Shown piece after piece: positions 1 through 11,130 of a DNA stretch of 64,000 nucleotides. A model generated the notes under the pieces. The model was not told where the DNA came from. It searched no databases and saw only the letters and a list, made by a program, of their open reading frames with translations. The translations under genes and the position numbers were made by a program. Source of the stretch: Rebecca billardiae RCC1528 (lineage: Eukaryota; Protista; Haptophyta); contig OZ251244.1 in assembly GCA_965240325.2 (NCBI GenBank), forward strand, positions 124,001 through 188,000. Reading direction: 5' to 3'. How positions within the stretch are numbered: the stretch's first letter is position 1; each line of letters begins with the position of its first letter.

Positions 1-148
1 TTAATTATACATATATAATTATTATTATATATATTGCATCATCATACGTATAGTGACTGGCGGGCTGGCACCGCGCGGACGACAAGGCATCAGAGCCGCC
101 TATATGCATCGTCGGTGTGCATCCGCTACTATCGTCGCGTATATTTCG

Positions 149-1363
149 TCAGCCCAGCCGACCAGTGACGGTGCTCCAGCCCGCGAACGGCTCCACGCCC
201 AGCAGAGCGAAGAGTGCGTCGTTGTGTGGCGCGTAAAACTCGCGCAGGGCGGCGCGCGTGTGGTTGGCCATGGGCGCCTCCGGAGCTTTGTGTCTGCGGT
301 GGGCCCGCGTGCCGTTTGCGCCCGCCTCGGCACTCGCGGCGCCGCCAGCGCTCGCGCCCAGCTGCTCGCGCCGCACCCACGCGGCGATGGCCTCTGCGCA
401 TGCGATCTCGTCACGCCCCACGCAGCGCGAGAAGTCGACGAACCGGATCGAGGCGGCGCGGTGGTAGTGCAGCCAGCCCGGGAGGAAGCGTGCGTACATG
501 CCGCGGCGCACGGGCAGGAACTGGAGTGCCCTGCCCCTCCCCATGTGGCACCCTTGCCAGCCGGTGCGCCCGCAAAGGGGCGGGTACGCCGCGCACGCGG
601 CCACATCGCAGCACCGCCTCAGTCGCTCTGCGGCCGCGGATGCGTTCGGGGCGTCGTACGAGGCGGCAGGCGGCTCGAGGCACGCGCGCGCGATGGCCAT
701 GTCGACGCGTGCGAGCACGTCGAACCCTTCGACCACCCCCTCCCCCGAGGCGTTCATGCCGAGCTCGGGCAGGATCGACTCTTTGAACATCCCGTACCCG
801 GAGTACGCTCTGGCCACGGGCTCGCGAAGTATGATCACGATGGACACCAGCTTCCCGGCGGAGGTGAACGCCTCACACACGCGGCGCGGCGTCCAGGGGT
901 TGTCCAGGTACGCCGGCGTCTTCTCGATGCGCACGATGATGCGCGAGTGCGCCCTGCGGCAGTGTGAGAAGTGATCCAGCGCGTACTGCCTCAGCGCGGC
1001 CGCGGTGACCATGGCGTCCTGCCAGCGACGGCCGCTGAAGAAGTGGGGTTCGCCCGCGGCCGAGCATGTACGCAGCGTGGCGGCGCTCGCTCCGAAGCGA
1101 TGCATCAGCGTCGACGTGCCGCCCTTTTGCACGCCGGCGACCAGCAGATGCGGCAACGTCCTGCACACAAAGTCCTTGCACACCTCGCGCCGCTGGCTAG
1201 GGACGGTCGCACAGCCGCGGTATAGATCCAGCGCCGAACGGCTCGTCGCCAGGACGAGCCCAGCTTCGTGCTCGGCCTGTGTGACCTGGCCGAGTGCCAT
1301 GACGTGGCCGTCGCTTGCGCGGGGCGCCGCCGCAAGGACGATGAGGACGACGACGACGCCCAT
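149..1363 (-). CDS. PAPS-dependent sulfotransferase (heparan-sulfate 3-O-/N-sulfotransferase-like fold) with N-terminal signal/anchor
   Basis: 5'-PSB loop LVAGVQKGGTSTL, EPHFF, EKTPAY, 3'-PB motif IILREPVARAYS, C-terminal LREFYAPHNDALFALLG; hydrophobic N-terminus MGVVVVLIVLAAA. Confidence 0.88.
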   Translation of the reverse strand: MGVVVVLIVLAAAPRASDGHVMALGQVTQAEHEAGLVLATSRSALDLYRGCATVPSQRREVCKDFVCRTLPHLLVAGVQKGGTSTLMHRFGASAATLRTCSAAGEPHFFSGRRWQDAMVTAAALRQYALDHFSHCRRAHSRIIVRIEKTPAYLDNPWTPRRVCEAFTSAGKLVSIVIILREPVARAYSGYGMFKESILPELGMNASGEGVVEGFDVLARVDMAIARACLEPPAASYDAPNASAAAERLRRCCDVAACAAYPPLCGRTGWQGCHMGRGRALQFLPVRRGMYARFLPGWLHYHRAASIRFVDFSRCVGRDEIACAEAIAAWVRREQLGASAGGAASAEAGANGTRAHRRHKAPEAPMANHTRAALREFYAPHNDALFALLGVEPFAGWSTVTGRLG

Positions 1364-1413
1364 GGCGGCGGCGCGAGATAGTACTCATCCAAGATTCATG
1401 CAAGCGCATCATA

Positions 1414-1569
1414 CCGGCGGCGCTACCATCGGCGACGGCTTCATGGGCGGTGACAGTTGGCGGGCGTCAATCTCGCCTGCCTGAGCTGTGTGCGTCTCTT
1501 ATTCTTAGTAAACTGTTCTGTAATGCACGTTATGTTTTATAATATAATAGTACGTACTAGTAAACTGTA
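1414..1569. mobile_element. Tc1/mariner-like transposon end(s) (dispersed repeat family)
   Basis: 1414-1515 is almost identical to 51927-52028. It ends ...GTGCGTCTCTTATTCTTAGTAAACTG, and a second TAGTAAACTG-TA lies at 1558-1569. The reverse complement reads (TA)CAGTTTACTAAGAATAAGAGACGCAC. Confidence 0.6.
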
Positions 1570-1666
1570 TCAGCGCTGTCGTCAGTCGTGACGCTTCGGC
1601 GCGTCAACAACCCGCGCTGTAGTGCAGTACCACACGCGTCGCCGACGAGGCTGCACACGCTCGCGC

Positions 1667-2531
1667 CTGGCCGATACACACGGCCGGCTCGCTCTGCGTG
1701 TGGTGAACCACGCTCGCAGATGAGCGGCCGGGGCGAACCTCGGAGATCGGGCCCGGTGACGAAACATGGCAGCGCCCCGGGACGCGTGGCCGGCGCTGTG
1801 CCGGGCGACACGCATCAGGTGCTCGTTTCGCGTGGTGCGGCGTCGGACCAGTCGCGGGCTTGGGCGCTTGGCACATTGCCGCACCTTCCCACTCTTCGGC
1901 CACTCCCGCCTCAGGTCCGCGCACGCGCGCCTCTCTCGCCGCTCGCGTGGGGCTCGCTTTCACCAGCCGCCCGTGCACCCGCCTCACAATCGAGCCGCGC
2001 TGCAACTCGAAATGGGCGGAAATGGGCGAGCTCAGGCGCTTTCTGTGCGGCGCTCTAGTGGTATGTGAGAAGGTTGAATGCGGCCGTTTTCTTGCAAGAC
2101 CTTCCGTAGGCACTCACGCGCGTCCACTTGGCTACCAGTCACAGTGCGCACTGCCTGTCTAACACTCACCGCTGCAGTAGCGGTGCAGTGCGCGGCACGC
2201 GCTCCCGGACATCTCGGCTGGTAAGGAAGCGGCATGCCGGCGTCGCGGCGAGCCCGGGCGCACGGAACAAGTCGTCTACTCCCAAGCAGCGTGCGCCCAG
2301 CTGGAAGTGGCTTGGCATTGATGACACTCTCGTAGTTGTACTCTACGCTCTGCTCGCAGCCTTCGCCTCACTCTCTGGAGTGCAAGCACGACGGGAACGC
2401 CGTACGCGAGGCGAGTAAGGCGGCGCAATGAAGTGCGCCCCGATGGCGGAGGGCGGGAGGGCTCCCCAACATGATCAGGGAGCCCGCCCGCACCCTCAGG
2501 CATTGCCGCGGGGCACGCGTCCTGGACCGCC
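1667..2531 (+). mobile_element. Right-truncated copy of a Mutator-like non-autonomous element
   Basis: Starts CTGGCCGATACACAC and is colinear with 25945-~26738; the right TIR is absent. Confidence 0.8.
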
Positions 2532-2711
2532 GAGTCACCTTCTTCTGTCAGACTGTCATCAGTGTCACGCTCGAACACGGCTGACAGTGCGAGTGCGGAG
2601 GTTACTTACTTGGCGGGTTGACGATTGATGAGCGGTGGAGGGAGGCCCCGCATAAGCAATACTGTAAGCAGGGTGGCGCCAGCGTGTGGGCGCCCCACAA
2701 CCGCGCCAGCC

Positions 2712-5700
2712 CATGGCGGCGGTCGTGCATCCCGCCGAGCCGGGCGCGGATGTGGCGGACGCCGCGGCTGCGGCGGCTGCGGCGGCGAACGAGCCGATGA
2801 TCGAGCCGACCAGCAGCGCCGGCACGCCGCCCAGCGGCGCGCCGCTGCTGCGCGCGCTCTCGACAGGCGTGCCCCTGCGGCGCGCGCTCTCGGGCGCCGT
2901 CACGGCCGCGGCCGCGCGCACGCCGCCCTCGCCCGCGGGCAGCACGAGCTCGCAGTGGGAGGGCGTGGACGTGCGCCGCCGCCTCGAGAGCGCCCGCCGC
3001 GCCGGCGTCGCGCGGCGCTGGGCGATCACCCTCCCGCTGGCGCTGCTCGGCCTGTCCCTCACGCTGGGCGGGCTCGGGCTGTGGCTCTCGCGCTCGGCGG
3101 GCAGCGAGTGGTGGTGGTGCGCGCGGAGAGAGAGGGGCCGTGCGCCGCGCGGCGCGGAGAGGGGGGGCAGGGGGATGGCGCCCGCGCGGCGCAGCGCGCG
3201 GGGCGGCGGCTGCCGCGCGCGCGCGCTCGGCGTGCCCTCGGCGTGCCCCCTGCCCTGAGTCTCCGCACGCGCCCCGCCCCGCCCCGCCCCGCCTGCTGCC
3301 CCCCGCCCGCCTGCTGCCCCCCGCCGCGCCGCGCGTGGGCGGCCTCGCTCAGGGTGGTGCTGCTGCCCGGCACGCTGTGCCTGATGCTCGCCGTGCTGCC
3401 CACCGACGAGTGGGGCATCACGGGCTGCCTGCTGCTCGGCGGCTGCATCATGGCCACGGTCACGGCCGCGCAGATCGCGGAGGCGCCGCGCGCGCTCGGC
3501 TGCGCGCGCGCGCGCTGCCAGGCGCCGCTCTCCGCCGCGGCGCACGCGCTGCTGCTGGCGAAGCTGCTCGTGTCCGTGCTCGCGAACGCGGCGCTCTGCG
3601 CCTTCTGCGCCGTGCACCTCCTGCCGCCCCGCCGCGCGGCTCGTCTCAAGCTGGTGCGCACGTGGCGCGCCATCGGGCTGTGGATGTGGCTGGGCGCGTT
3701 GCTTGCGCTGGCCGCCGACCTGCCCGTCCTCATCGAGCGCACGGGCGCCGGGCTGGCGGCGCCGGGGTCGGGCCTCGCGCTGGGCGTGCAGGCGTGCGTG
3801 ATGTTCTGCCTGGGCGCCCTCGCGCTCTCGCCGCACGCGCGCGTGTGGCTGCACTCGCGCTTTGCGGCGCAGGGCGCGGCCGTGAGCGCGGCCGCGGGCG
3901 TGGCCTCGGTGCGCGCCCGAGCGCGGCGCGGCGCGGCGCGGCGCGGCGGCGCGGCGTCGCGGCGGCGGTGGCGGCGCGAGGGGGCTGGCTGCCCGCCTGC
4001 GCACGCGCCGTCGCCCCGTCGCACGCCGCGCGCCGCCACGCCCTCGCCGCGCCCCCAGCCCGCGCCCACGCCCCGCGCGCCCGCCGCTCCCCGCGCGCGT
4101 GCGCGCGCGTGCGCCCCCGCCTCCGCGCGCCGCCGCGCGCCGCCGCCGCGCCGCCGCGCCGCCGCCGCAGCTGATGGGCTCGGCCACGCCCGCGCAGCTG
4201 ATGGCGGCGGCGACGCAGCGGTTCCGCGCGCTGCCGCTCGACCGGATCGAGCGGCGGCACCTCGAGTGCAACGCGCCCGACCCTTTGCTGTACGGGCGCA
4301 GCAGCGCCGCCTCCCTGTCGCACGTGGACGCCTTTGTCTCCCACTCGTGAGCCGCACACCGCGCACACCGCGCACACCGCCGCGCACACCGCGCACACCG
4401 CGCACACCGCGCACACCACCGCCGCGCACCACCGCACACCACCGCCGCCGCGCACCACCGCGCCGCCGCGCCGCGCGCGCCGCCGCGCCGCCGGAGCGCG
4501 CGCCGACGCGCGCGCGCGCGCCGCGGCCGCGCGCGCCCCCCGCCCTTTTTGCGCGCAGCTGGCACGACGACCCCGAGGGCAAGTGGGCGGCGCTGCAGGC
4601 GTGGCGGCATGACTTCCGCGTGCGGCACGGCCGGGAGCCGCTCGTCTGGTTCGACCGCGCGTGCATCGACCAGACGGACATCGAGACGGAGCTGCGCCAC
4701 CTGCCCATCTACCTCGCCGGGTGCAACACGCTGCTCGTGCTGTTCGGCCGCACCTACTTGCTGCGCCTCTGGTGGTGCGCGCGCGCGCTGTGTGCGCGAG
4801 TGCGCGTGCGCTGTGTGCGCGTGCGCGCGCGCGCGCGAGCGTGCCACGCGGCGTGCGCGCTCACTCTGCCGCGCGCCCGCGCCCGCGCCCGCCGCCGCCG
4901 CCCCCCTGCAGCGTGATCGAGCTGTTCGTCTTCCTGGCGATGGGCGGCCATGCTGTCGAGCTGGTCCCGCTCAGCCCCGACGCGGCCGTGCTCGACGCGG
5001 CCGCGTGCTTCGACGCGGCCGCATGCGCGTCTTCCAACAGCGAGGAGCACGCGCGGCTGCTGTCCTTCATCGAGGCGGCGTCGGGCACGATGGAGGCGTT
5101 CAACGGGCAGGTGCGCGCGTTCCTGGGCAGGGCGGGCGCGGAGACGCAGGGCGGGGGGCGGCTGCGACGCTCCGCCGCCGCGGCACACTCGGCGCGCGGC
5201 TCCGCCACCGCCGCCACCGCCGCCGCCGCCGCCACCGCCGCCGCCAGCAGCCGCAGCCCCTCGAGCTCGCCCGCGCGCGCGCGCGGCGCGCTGGGCTCGC
5301 GCATCCTGGTGCGGGACGGGCTGGCCGCGCACTCGAGCGCGGCGGGCGGCGCGGAGCGCGGCACGCCGCTGCGCGAGCTGCGCGGCGCGGCGACCTTCGC
5401 GCTCGACTCGGTGAGCACGGGGCTGCGCGCGTCTGTCAACGCGGTGGGCGGCGCTGTGGACGCGCTCGGCGACGCGGTCGACGCGGCGGTGGGCGGCGCG
5501 GTGGGCGTGGTGGGCGCGGTGGGCGGCGCGGTCGTGGAGCACCTGCCGCACGCGGTCGACGCGGCGGTGGGCGGCGCGGTCGGCGCGGTCGGCGGCGCGG
5601 TGCAGCCCCTCCGCCGACCCTCCTCGCCGACCAGGTCGCCGCCCCGCTCGCCGCTGCGCTCGCCGGCCAAGTGGGGCGGAGGCGGCGGCGCGGGCTCGCC

Positions 5701-6118
5701 GCTCCGGGGCGACGGCGGCGGCGGGGGCGGCCGGTTTGGCGCGCGCGCCATCGCCGCCGCCGAGGGGGACAGCGGCGGCGGCAGCGGCGGCGGCGGCGGC
5801 GCGCGCCCGCGTCTCTCGCCCCTCGGCCGCGAGCAGCGCGGCCGGGCGGCGAGCCTCGCCTCGGCCTCGGCCACGGAGGCGGAGACGGCCGGCGGCGGCG
5901 CGGCGGTCGGCGCCGTCGGCTCGGCGCGCCCGCGCGCCGAGTCGGTGCCCCCTGCCGCGCTCGGCGCGGCTGCGGCCGCGGCCGCCGCAGGGGATGGCGG
6001 CACAGAGAGCCCCGCCGGGGCGCCGAGCGCGCTGCCGCCGCTGGGCAGGCCGGGCGGCGACAGCGGCGGCAAGCTCGACCTCGACCTCGCCGAGCTCGAC
6101 GACGCCGACAATGTCTAG
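2712..6118 (+). CDS. Multipass membrane protein with TIR-like domain; predicted exons 2712-3116, 3353-3908, 4171-4346, 4559-4774, 4912-6118
   Basis: All four GT-AG introns preserve frame and rebuild DAFVSHSWHDD...VWFDRACIDQ...LPIYLAGCNTLLVLFGRTYLLRLWCVIELF. About six hydrophobic segments lie upstream and a low-complexity tail downstream. Confidence 0.82.
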
Positions 6119-6815
6119 TGCGCCGCCAGCAGTACTCAGTACAGTTTACTATGATTTAACGTGCACACTTGGTTAAGGCGTGATTAACGCCATCCAACAC
6201 TGCACAAAGATAACACCGCCACAAAACAGACCGGCGCAGGCAGGTGAGGGGCGCGTCATGCCGCACCTCATGGCTCATCGAGGCGGCTATTGCAGCAAGC
6301 GGCAGAGTGCCTGCGGCAACGGCATAGTGATTAGTATCGTGTCTCGCTTATCGGCGGCTTAATATGATGACGACGATGATGACGATATATATATATATAT
6401 ATGTCTAGCCGTCCTCGCGAACGCCGACGCCAACTGCTGGCCGAAGGTGGGCACGCCGCCTGGCATGTCCATGCCGAGACGGCTGCCTGTGTTCCTACTC
6501 AGTGGGATTTACGTGTCCTCATGCAAAGGCGAGCGGCAGCAGATGCGGTGGGCATGCCGCTCGCCGTCGACGAGACGCGGTGCGTGAGAGATCCCGTTTC
6601 ATCGTTGAGGCCATGGTCCGGTAGAGGGCGATGGAGCTGATGAGCGGCGCTGGCGCCTGGCGTCCGTGTCGTCCTCTTAGACAATATCAGTTATATTGTA
6701 CCAATAACCCCACATATATACCACGCACGTCGTTAATATATTATTATATATATACGACGCGATGACTATACACGCGCGTCGTGACGCGGCGGCGGCGCGG
6801 TCGTGCGCCGCGGTG

Positions 6816-6818
<3 letters not shown>

Positions 6819-6860
<42 letters not shown>
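6819..6860. repeat. (TA)n microsatellite within the AT-rich spacer between convergent genes
   Basis: Uninterrupted TATATA run; TAAA-type repeats follow at ~6895-6940. Confidence 0.95.
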
Positions 6861-6862
<2 letters not shown>

Positions 6863-7352
6863 GCGCCATCAATATAACTCTGATAATTACTATATAATAA
6901 ATAAATAATATAAATAAATAATAAATTTATTTATTTATTATTAGCAGCAGCCTGGCAGCAGCACGGCGCCCCGCGACCGGCGCGCGCGCCGCGCGCACAT
7001 CGTCAGCACACTTCTTTACAGCGCCACGACGATGACGATGACGATGATGATATGACGAACAGGCTTCGATCGTAGTCGGCACAGCGGATGCGTGCGGCGC
7101 GTCGGAGTAGCGCCGGCTGGCAGCGCAGCGCCGTCGCGGCCGGCCGCACCGGGCAGCGCCCAAGTCCGCAGCGGCACGCACGATATATGCTGCGGCCTTC
7201 ACACGCACACGGACAGCCGCCTCCCCCACCCCCCCACACCCCCTCCCCTCGCTGGTACACACCGGTAGAGCCACCCACACCCTCAGAGCGAGTGCACACG
7301 GCGGCGCCCTGTCACCGCAGCAGCCGCGACGGTGCCGCGCGCGCGCGCGCGC

Positions 7353-7485
7353 TCAGCGGCCGATCGCGTGTGCCGTGCCTTCGATCAGCTCGTCCACGAC
7401 GGCGGGCTCGGCGAGCGTCGACGTGTCGCCCAGGTCGGCGGGCGAGACGCGCTTCCCCTTCGTCGCGATCTTGCGCAGGATGCGC

Positions 7486-7519
<34 letters not shown>

Positions 7520-10011
7520 CGGGCGCGAGCTGCAGCGCGTCGGGCGCCGCAAACGGCCCGACGCCCGCGCGCACGGCTGCCACGAGCTCCGGCGAGACGG
7601 CCTTGAGCGCGCCCAGCGCGTCGGGCGCGCCGAGCTGCTGTGGCGCGTCGTCGTTGAGCGTGACGAAGCAGTAGAGCGACGCCCCCTTGAGCGGGTGCTC
7701 CACGCCCACCACCGCCGCCTCCGCCACCGCCCCGTGCGACAGCAGCGCCGCCTCCACCTCCGCCGTGCCGATGTTGTGTCCCGACACGATCACCACATCG
7801 TCCACGCGGCCGGTGATGAGATAGTCGCCGTCCAAGTCACGCCGCGCGCCGTCGCCGGTGAGGTAGTAGCCCGCGAACGGGAAGTAGGTCGCCTCCATCC
7901 GCGCGTGGTCGCCGTACACGGAGCGCAGCATCGACGGCCACGGCCCCTTCAGCGCCAGCAGGCCCTCCGCCTCCGCAGGAGCAGCGCCGCCCTCCGCCTC
8001 CGAGCCGCCGCCCGCGCGCGGCGGCGGGTCGGGCAGCTCGGCGCCCGTCTGCGGGTCGAGCAGCACGGGCTGCACGCCGAAGAAGGGGCGCATCGCGCGG
8101 CCCGGCTTCTGGCGCAGCCCCGCGTACGGCGGCGGCAGGATCGCGATCGCGCCCGTCTCCGTCTGCCACCACGTGTCCACCACGGGGCAGCGCCCCTCGC
8201 CCACCACGTCGTGGTACCAGCGCCACGCGGCCGCGCCCAGCGGCTCGCCGACTGAGCCGAGCAGCCGCAGGGATGCGCGCGAGGAGGCCAACACCGGCTC
8301 GTCGCCCGCGCGCTCGAGCGCGCGGATCGCGGTGGGCGCGGTGTACAGGTGCGTCACGCCGTGCTTGTCCACCACGCGCCACAGCCGGCCGCAGTCCGGG
8401 TGGCTCGGCACCCCCTCGAACACGAGCTGCGTCGCCCCGTTGAGCAGCGGCCCGTAGGCCACGTACGAATGGCCGGTGATCCAGCCGCAGTCGGCGGTGC
8501 ACAGCCACACGTCCGCGCCGGGCTGGAAGTCGAAGGCGTACTGCGGGCGGGCGCGGCGCGGCGCGAGGTGTGTCGCGCACCGACGCCGCGGCGCACGGGG
8601 CGGGGCAGCGCGGCGCGGCGGCGCGGCCGCGCGGCGGGGCGCGGGGCGGCGGGCGCGCGTGAGGCGCGCGCGCGGTCGGGCGGAGCGCGCCCGCTCTGTA
8701 GGGGCGCGCAAGGCCGCGGGGGCGCGAGATGCAACCCCCTTTGCCCCGGCGTGCGGGGCGCGAGATGCGATCTCCCGCCCCGCGCGCGCGCGTGTGTGTG
8801 CGTGTGCGCGTGTTCGCGCGTGTGCGCGCGTGTGCGCGCGTGCGCGCGTGTGCGCGTGCGCGCGTGCGCGCGTGTGCGCGTGTGCGTGTGCGTGTGCGCA
8901 CCTTGAACGACGTGGCCGCGCCCACCATGTAGCCGCCGACCGTGTGCAGGATGCCCTTGGGCGCGCCGGTGGAGCCGGAGGTGTACAGGATGAACGCGGG
9001 GTCCTCCGCATCGAGCCACTCCACCGCGCACTCCGCCGGCTGCGCCGCCGTCGCCTCGTGCCACCACGCCGCGCCCGCGGGCAGCGTCGGCTGTGGGTAC
9101 TGCGCGGCTGAGAGCCGCCGCAGCAGCAGCACGCGCGACGGGTCGACGGGCGTGCCCTTCTCCGCGGCGAGGTCGAGCGCGCGGCCGGCGAGGCCCCACA
9201 GGTCCACCATCTTCTTCCCGCGCATCACGCCGTCCGCCGTGATCAGCGCGCTCGCCCCCGCCGCCGCGACGCGCGTGGCGAGCGAGGTCGACGAGAAGCC
9301 GCCAAACACGACGGCGTGCACCGCGCCGATGCGCGCGCACGCGAGCATGGCGATGGGGAGCTCGGGGACCATCGGCATGAAGATGGCGACGCGGTCGCCC
9401 TTCTTCACGCCCCGCGCGCGCAGCGCGCCCGCCAGCCGGCACACCTCCGCGTGCGCCTCCGCGTAGCTGTACGCCTCCGGCTGGAGGGCGGACGCGTCGC
9501 CCTCGTCGTTGCGCTCGGCGAGGAAGCATGGCCGCGCGCCGAGGCCGGCGCGCACGTGGACGCCGAGCGCGTTGTAGCACAGGTTGGTGCGCCCGCCCTT
9601 GAACCACGACGTCTCCACCCGCCCCGCGCGCGCGTCGAAGTTGGACGCCACCGCCGCGCTCGGCTCGAACGGGACCTCCCAGTGGAACTGGCGGCCGAGC
9701 TCGGACCAGAACCCGGACGGGTCGGCGATGGAGCGGGCGTACATCGCGTCGTACTCGGCGATCGAGGCGAGGTGGTGCGCGCCCGACGAGAGGAACGCCT
9801 CGGGCACGGGCACGGCCGCCTCCTCCGCCGCCGTCGCGCGCGCGGCCGCGCGCGGCGAGAGCGCCGAGCGCGCGTGCGCGCCGCGCGCCGCCGCGCGCAC
9901 GCGCGCGCGCGGCGATGCCACGGCGGCATGCGCGCCGAGGCCACTGGCGCACGCGAGCGCCACCACGGCGGCGAGCGCGAGCGCCGTGCGCGGCGTTGCA
10001 CCCCGCGCCAT
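7353..10011 (-). CDS. ACS: Acetyl-CoA synthetase (acetate-CoA ligase), probably plastid-targeted; exons 10011-8902 and 8540-7353
   Basis: [80 protein letters not shown] intron 8901-8541 is in frame. N-terminus is a signal peptide followed by an Arg/Ala/Ser-rich transit-like stretch. Confidence 0.95.
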
Positions 10012-10258
10012 CTCTTTCCGCGCGACCGACGCGCCGGACGGGAGGACGACGCGCGGGCGTGGGCTGCTCTTCGCGAACCGAAGTGACGCCACCGTGACGA
10101 ACCCAGTCTCCGTGGGGTCAGCAAAAAGAGTCCGGGCGAGTCGGCGAACGGGCGAAGCCCCACCAGCACCTCAACTCCCGGACCCCGGCGGCAGCAGGGT
10201 GGCTAGAGGCTCAGGCCGCGTGCCACGCGTCTCCACAGCTGCGCCGCGTGCAAGCACC
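10012..10258. promoter_or_regulatory. Putative bidirectional promoter between ACS and RPS19
   Basis: Only 247 bp separate the two divergent ATGs. Confidence 0.55.
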
Positions 10259-11130
10259 ATGGCAGCGCCGCGTGTGAGCAACAACGCGCCCGAGAAGGGC
10301 GGGTGCGGCGTCACGGTGAAGGACGTGCCGGCGAACGACTTCATCGTCGCGTACGCCGCGCACCTCAAGCGCACGGGCAAGATCGAGGTGCCCAAGTGGG
10401 CCGACCTCGTCAAGACGGCCAAGTTCAAGGAGCTCGCGCCGTACGACCCGGACTGGTACTACGTCCGCGCTGGTGCGCGCACCGAGCGGCCGAGGCGCGC
10501 GCGCCGGGCGGGGATGGACGGGGTGGGATGGACGCCGCAGGCACGATGCGCCCACGCGCGCCGCCGGGCGTGGCTGCCTGCCACGCAGCCGGCCGGCGGC
10601 GCGGAGGCGGCGCCACGGTGATGGCCGCTGGCCGGCCGGCGGCGCGGGCGCGGCCCGATGGGCCGCGGCTGGGCGACGGCTGGCGGGGACGGGTGCCTCC
10701 GGCGGGCGTGCACCGCCGTGCACGTCGCCGTGGGGCCAGATGGCGCCAGCGCCCGCCGCGTCAGCGAGCCCGACCTGGCTCTCTGCCCGGGCGCCCGGCC
10801 TGACGCGCCCGCGCCCCCCCTACGCGCGCACGCGCCGCGCCCCGACTCGCGCGCGCAGCGGCGATCGCACGGCGCGTGTACCTGCGGGGCAACGTGGGCG
10901 TGGGCGCGATGCGTAAGATCTACGGCGGGCGGCAGTCGCGCGGCACGATCAAGGAGAAGTTCGCCACGTCGGGCGGCTCGATCCCGCGGCACATCTTTGG
11001 GCAGCTCGAGAGCATGAAGATTGTCGAGAAGAGCGACGGGCCCAAGGGCGGGCGGCGCATCACGGAGACGGGGCAGCGTGATCTGGACTCGATCGCCGGG
11101 CAGATCAAGGCGGCCCAGCAGGAGGAGTGA
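10259..11130 (+). CDS. RPS19: 40S ribosomal protein S19 (eS19); exons 10259-10472 and 10859-11130
   Basis: [53 protein letters not shown]|[10 protein letters not shown]...[17 protein letters not shown]; GT-AG intron 10473-10858 restores the frame. Confidence 0.97.

Noticed and set aside
10012-10092. N-terminal extension of ACS as given in the ORF track
   Set aside because: It begins at a non-ATG codon; the first ATG (10011) directly precedes a signal-peptide-like sequence.
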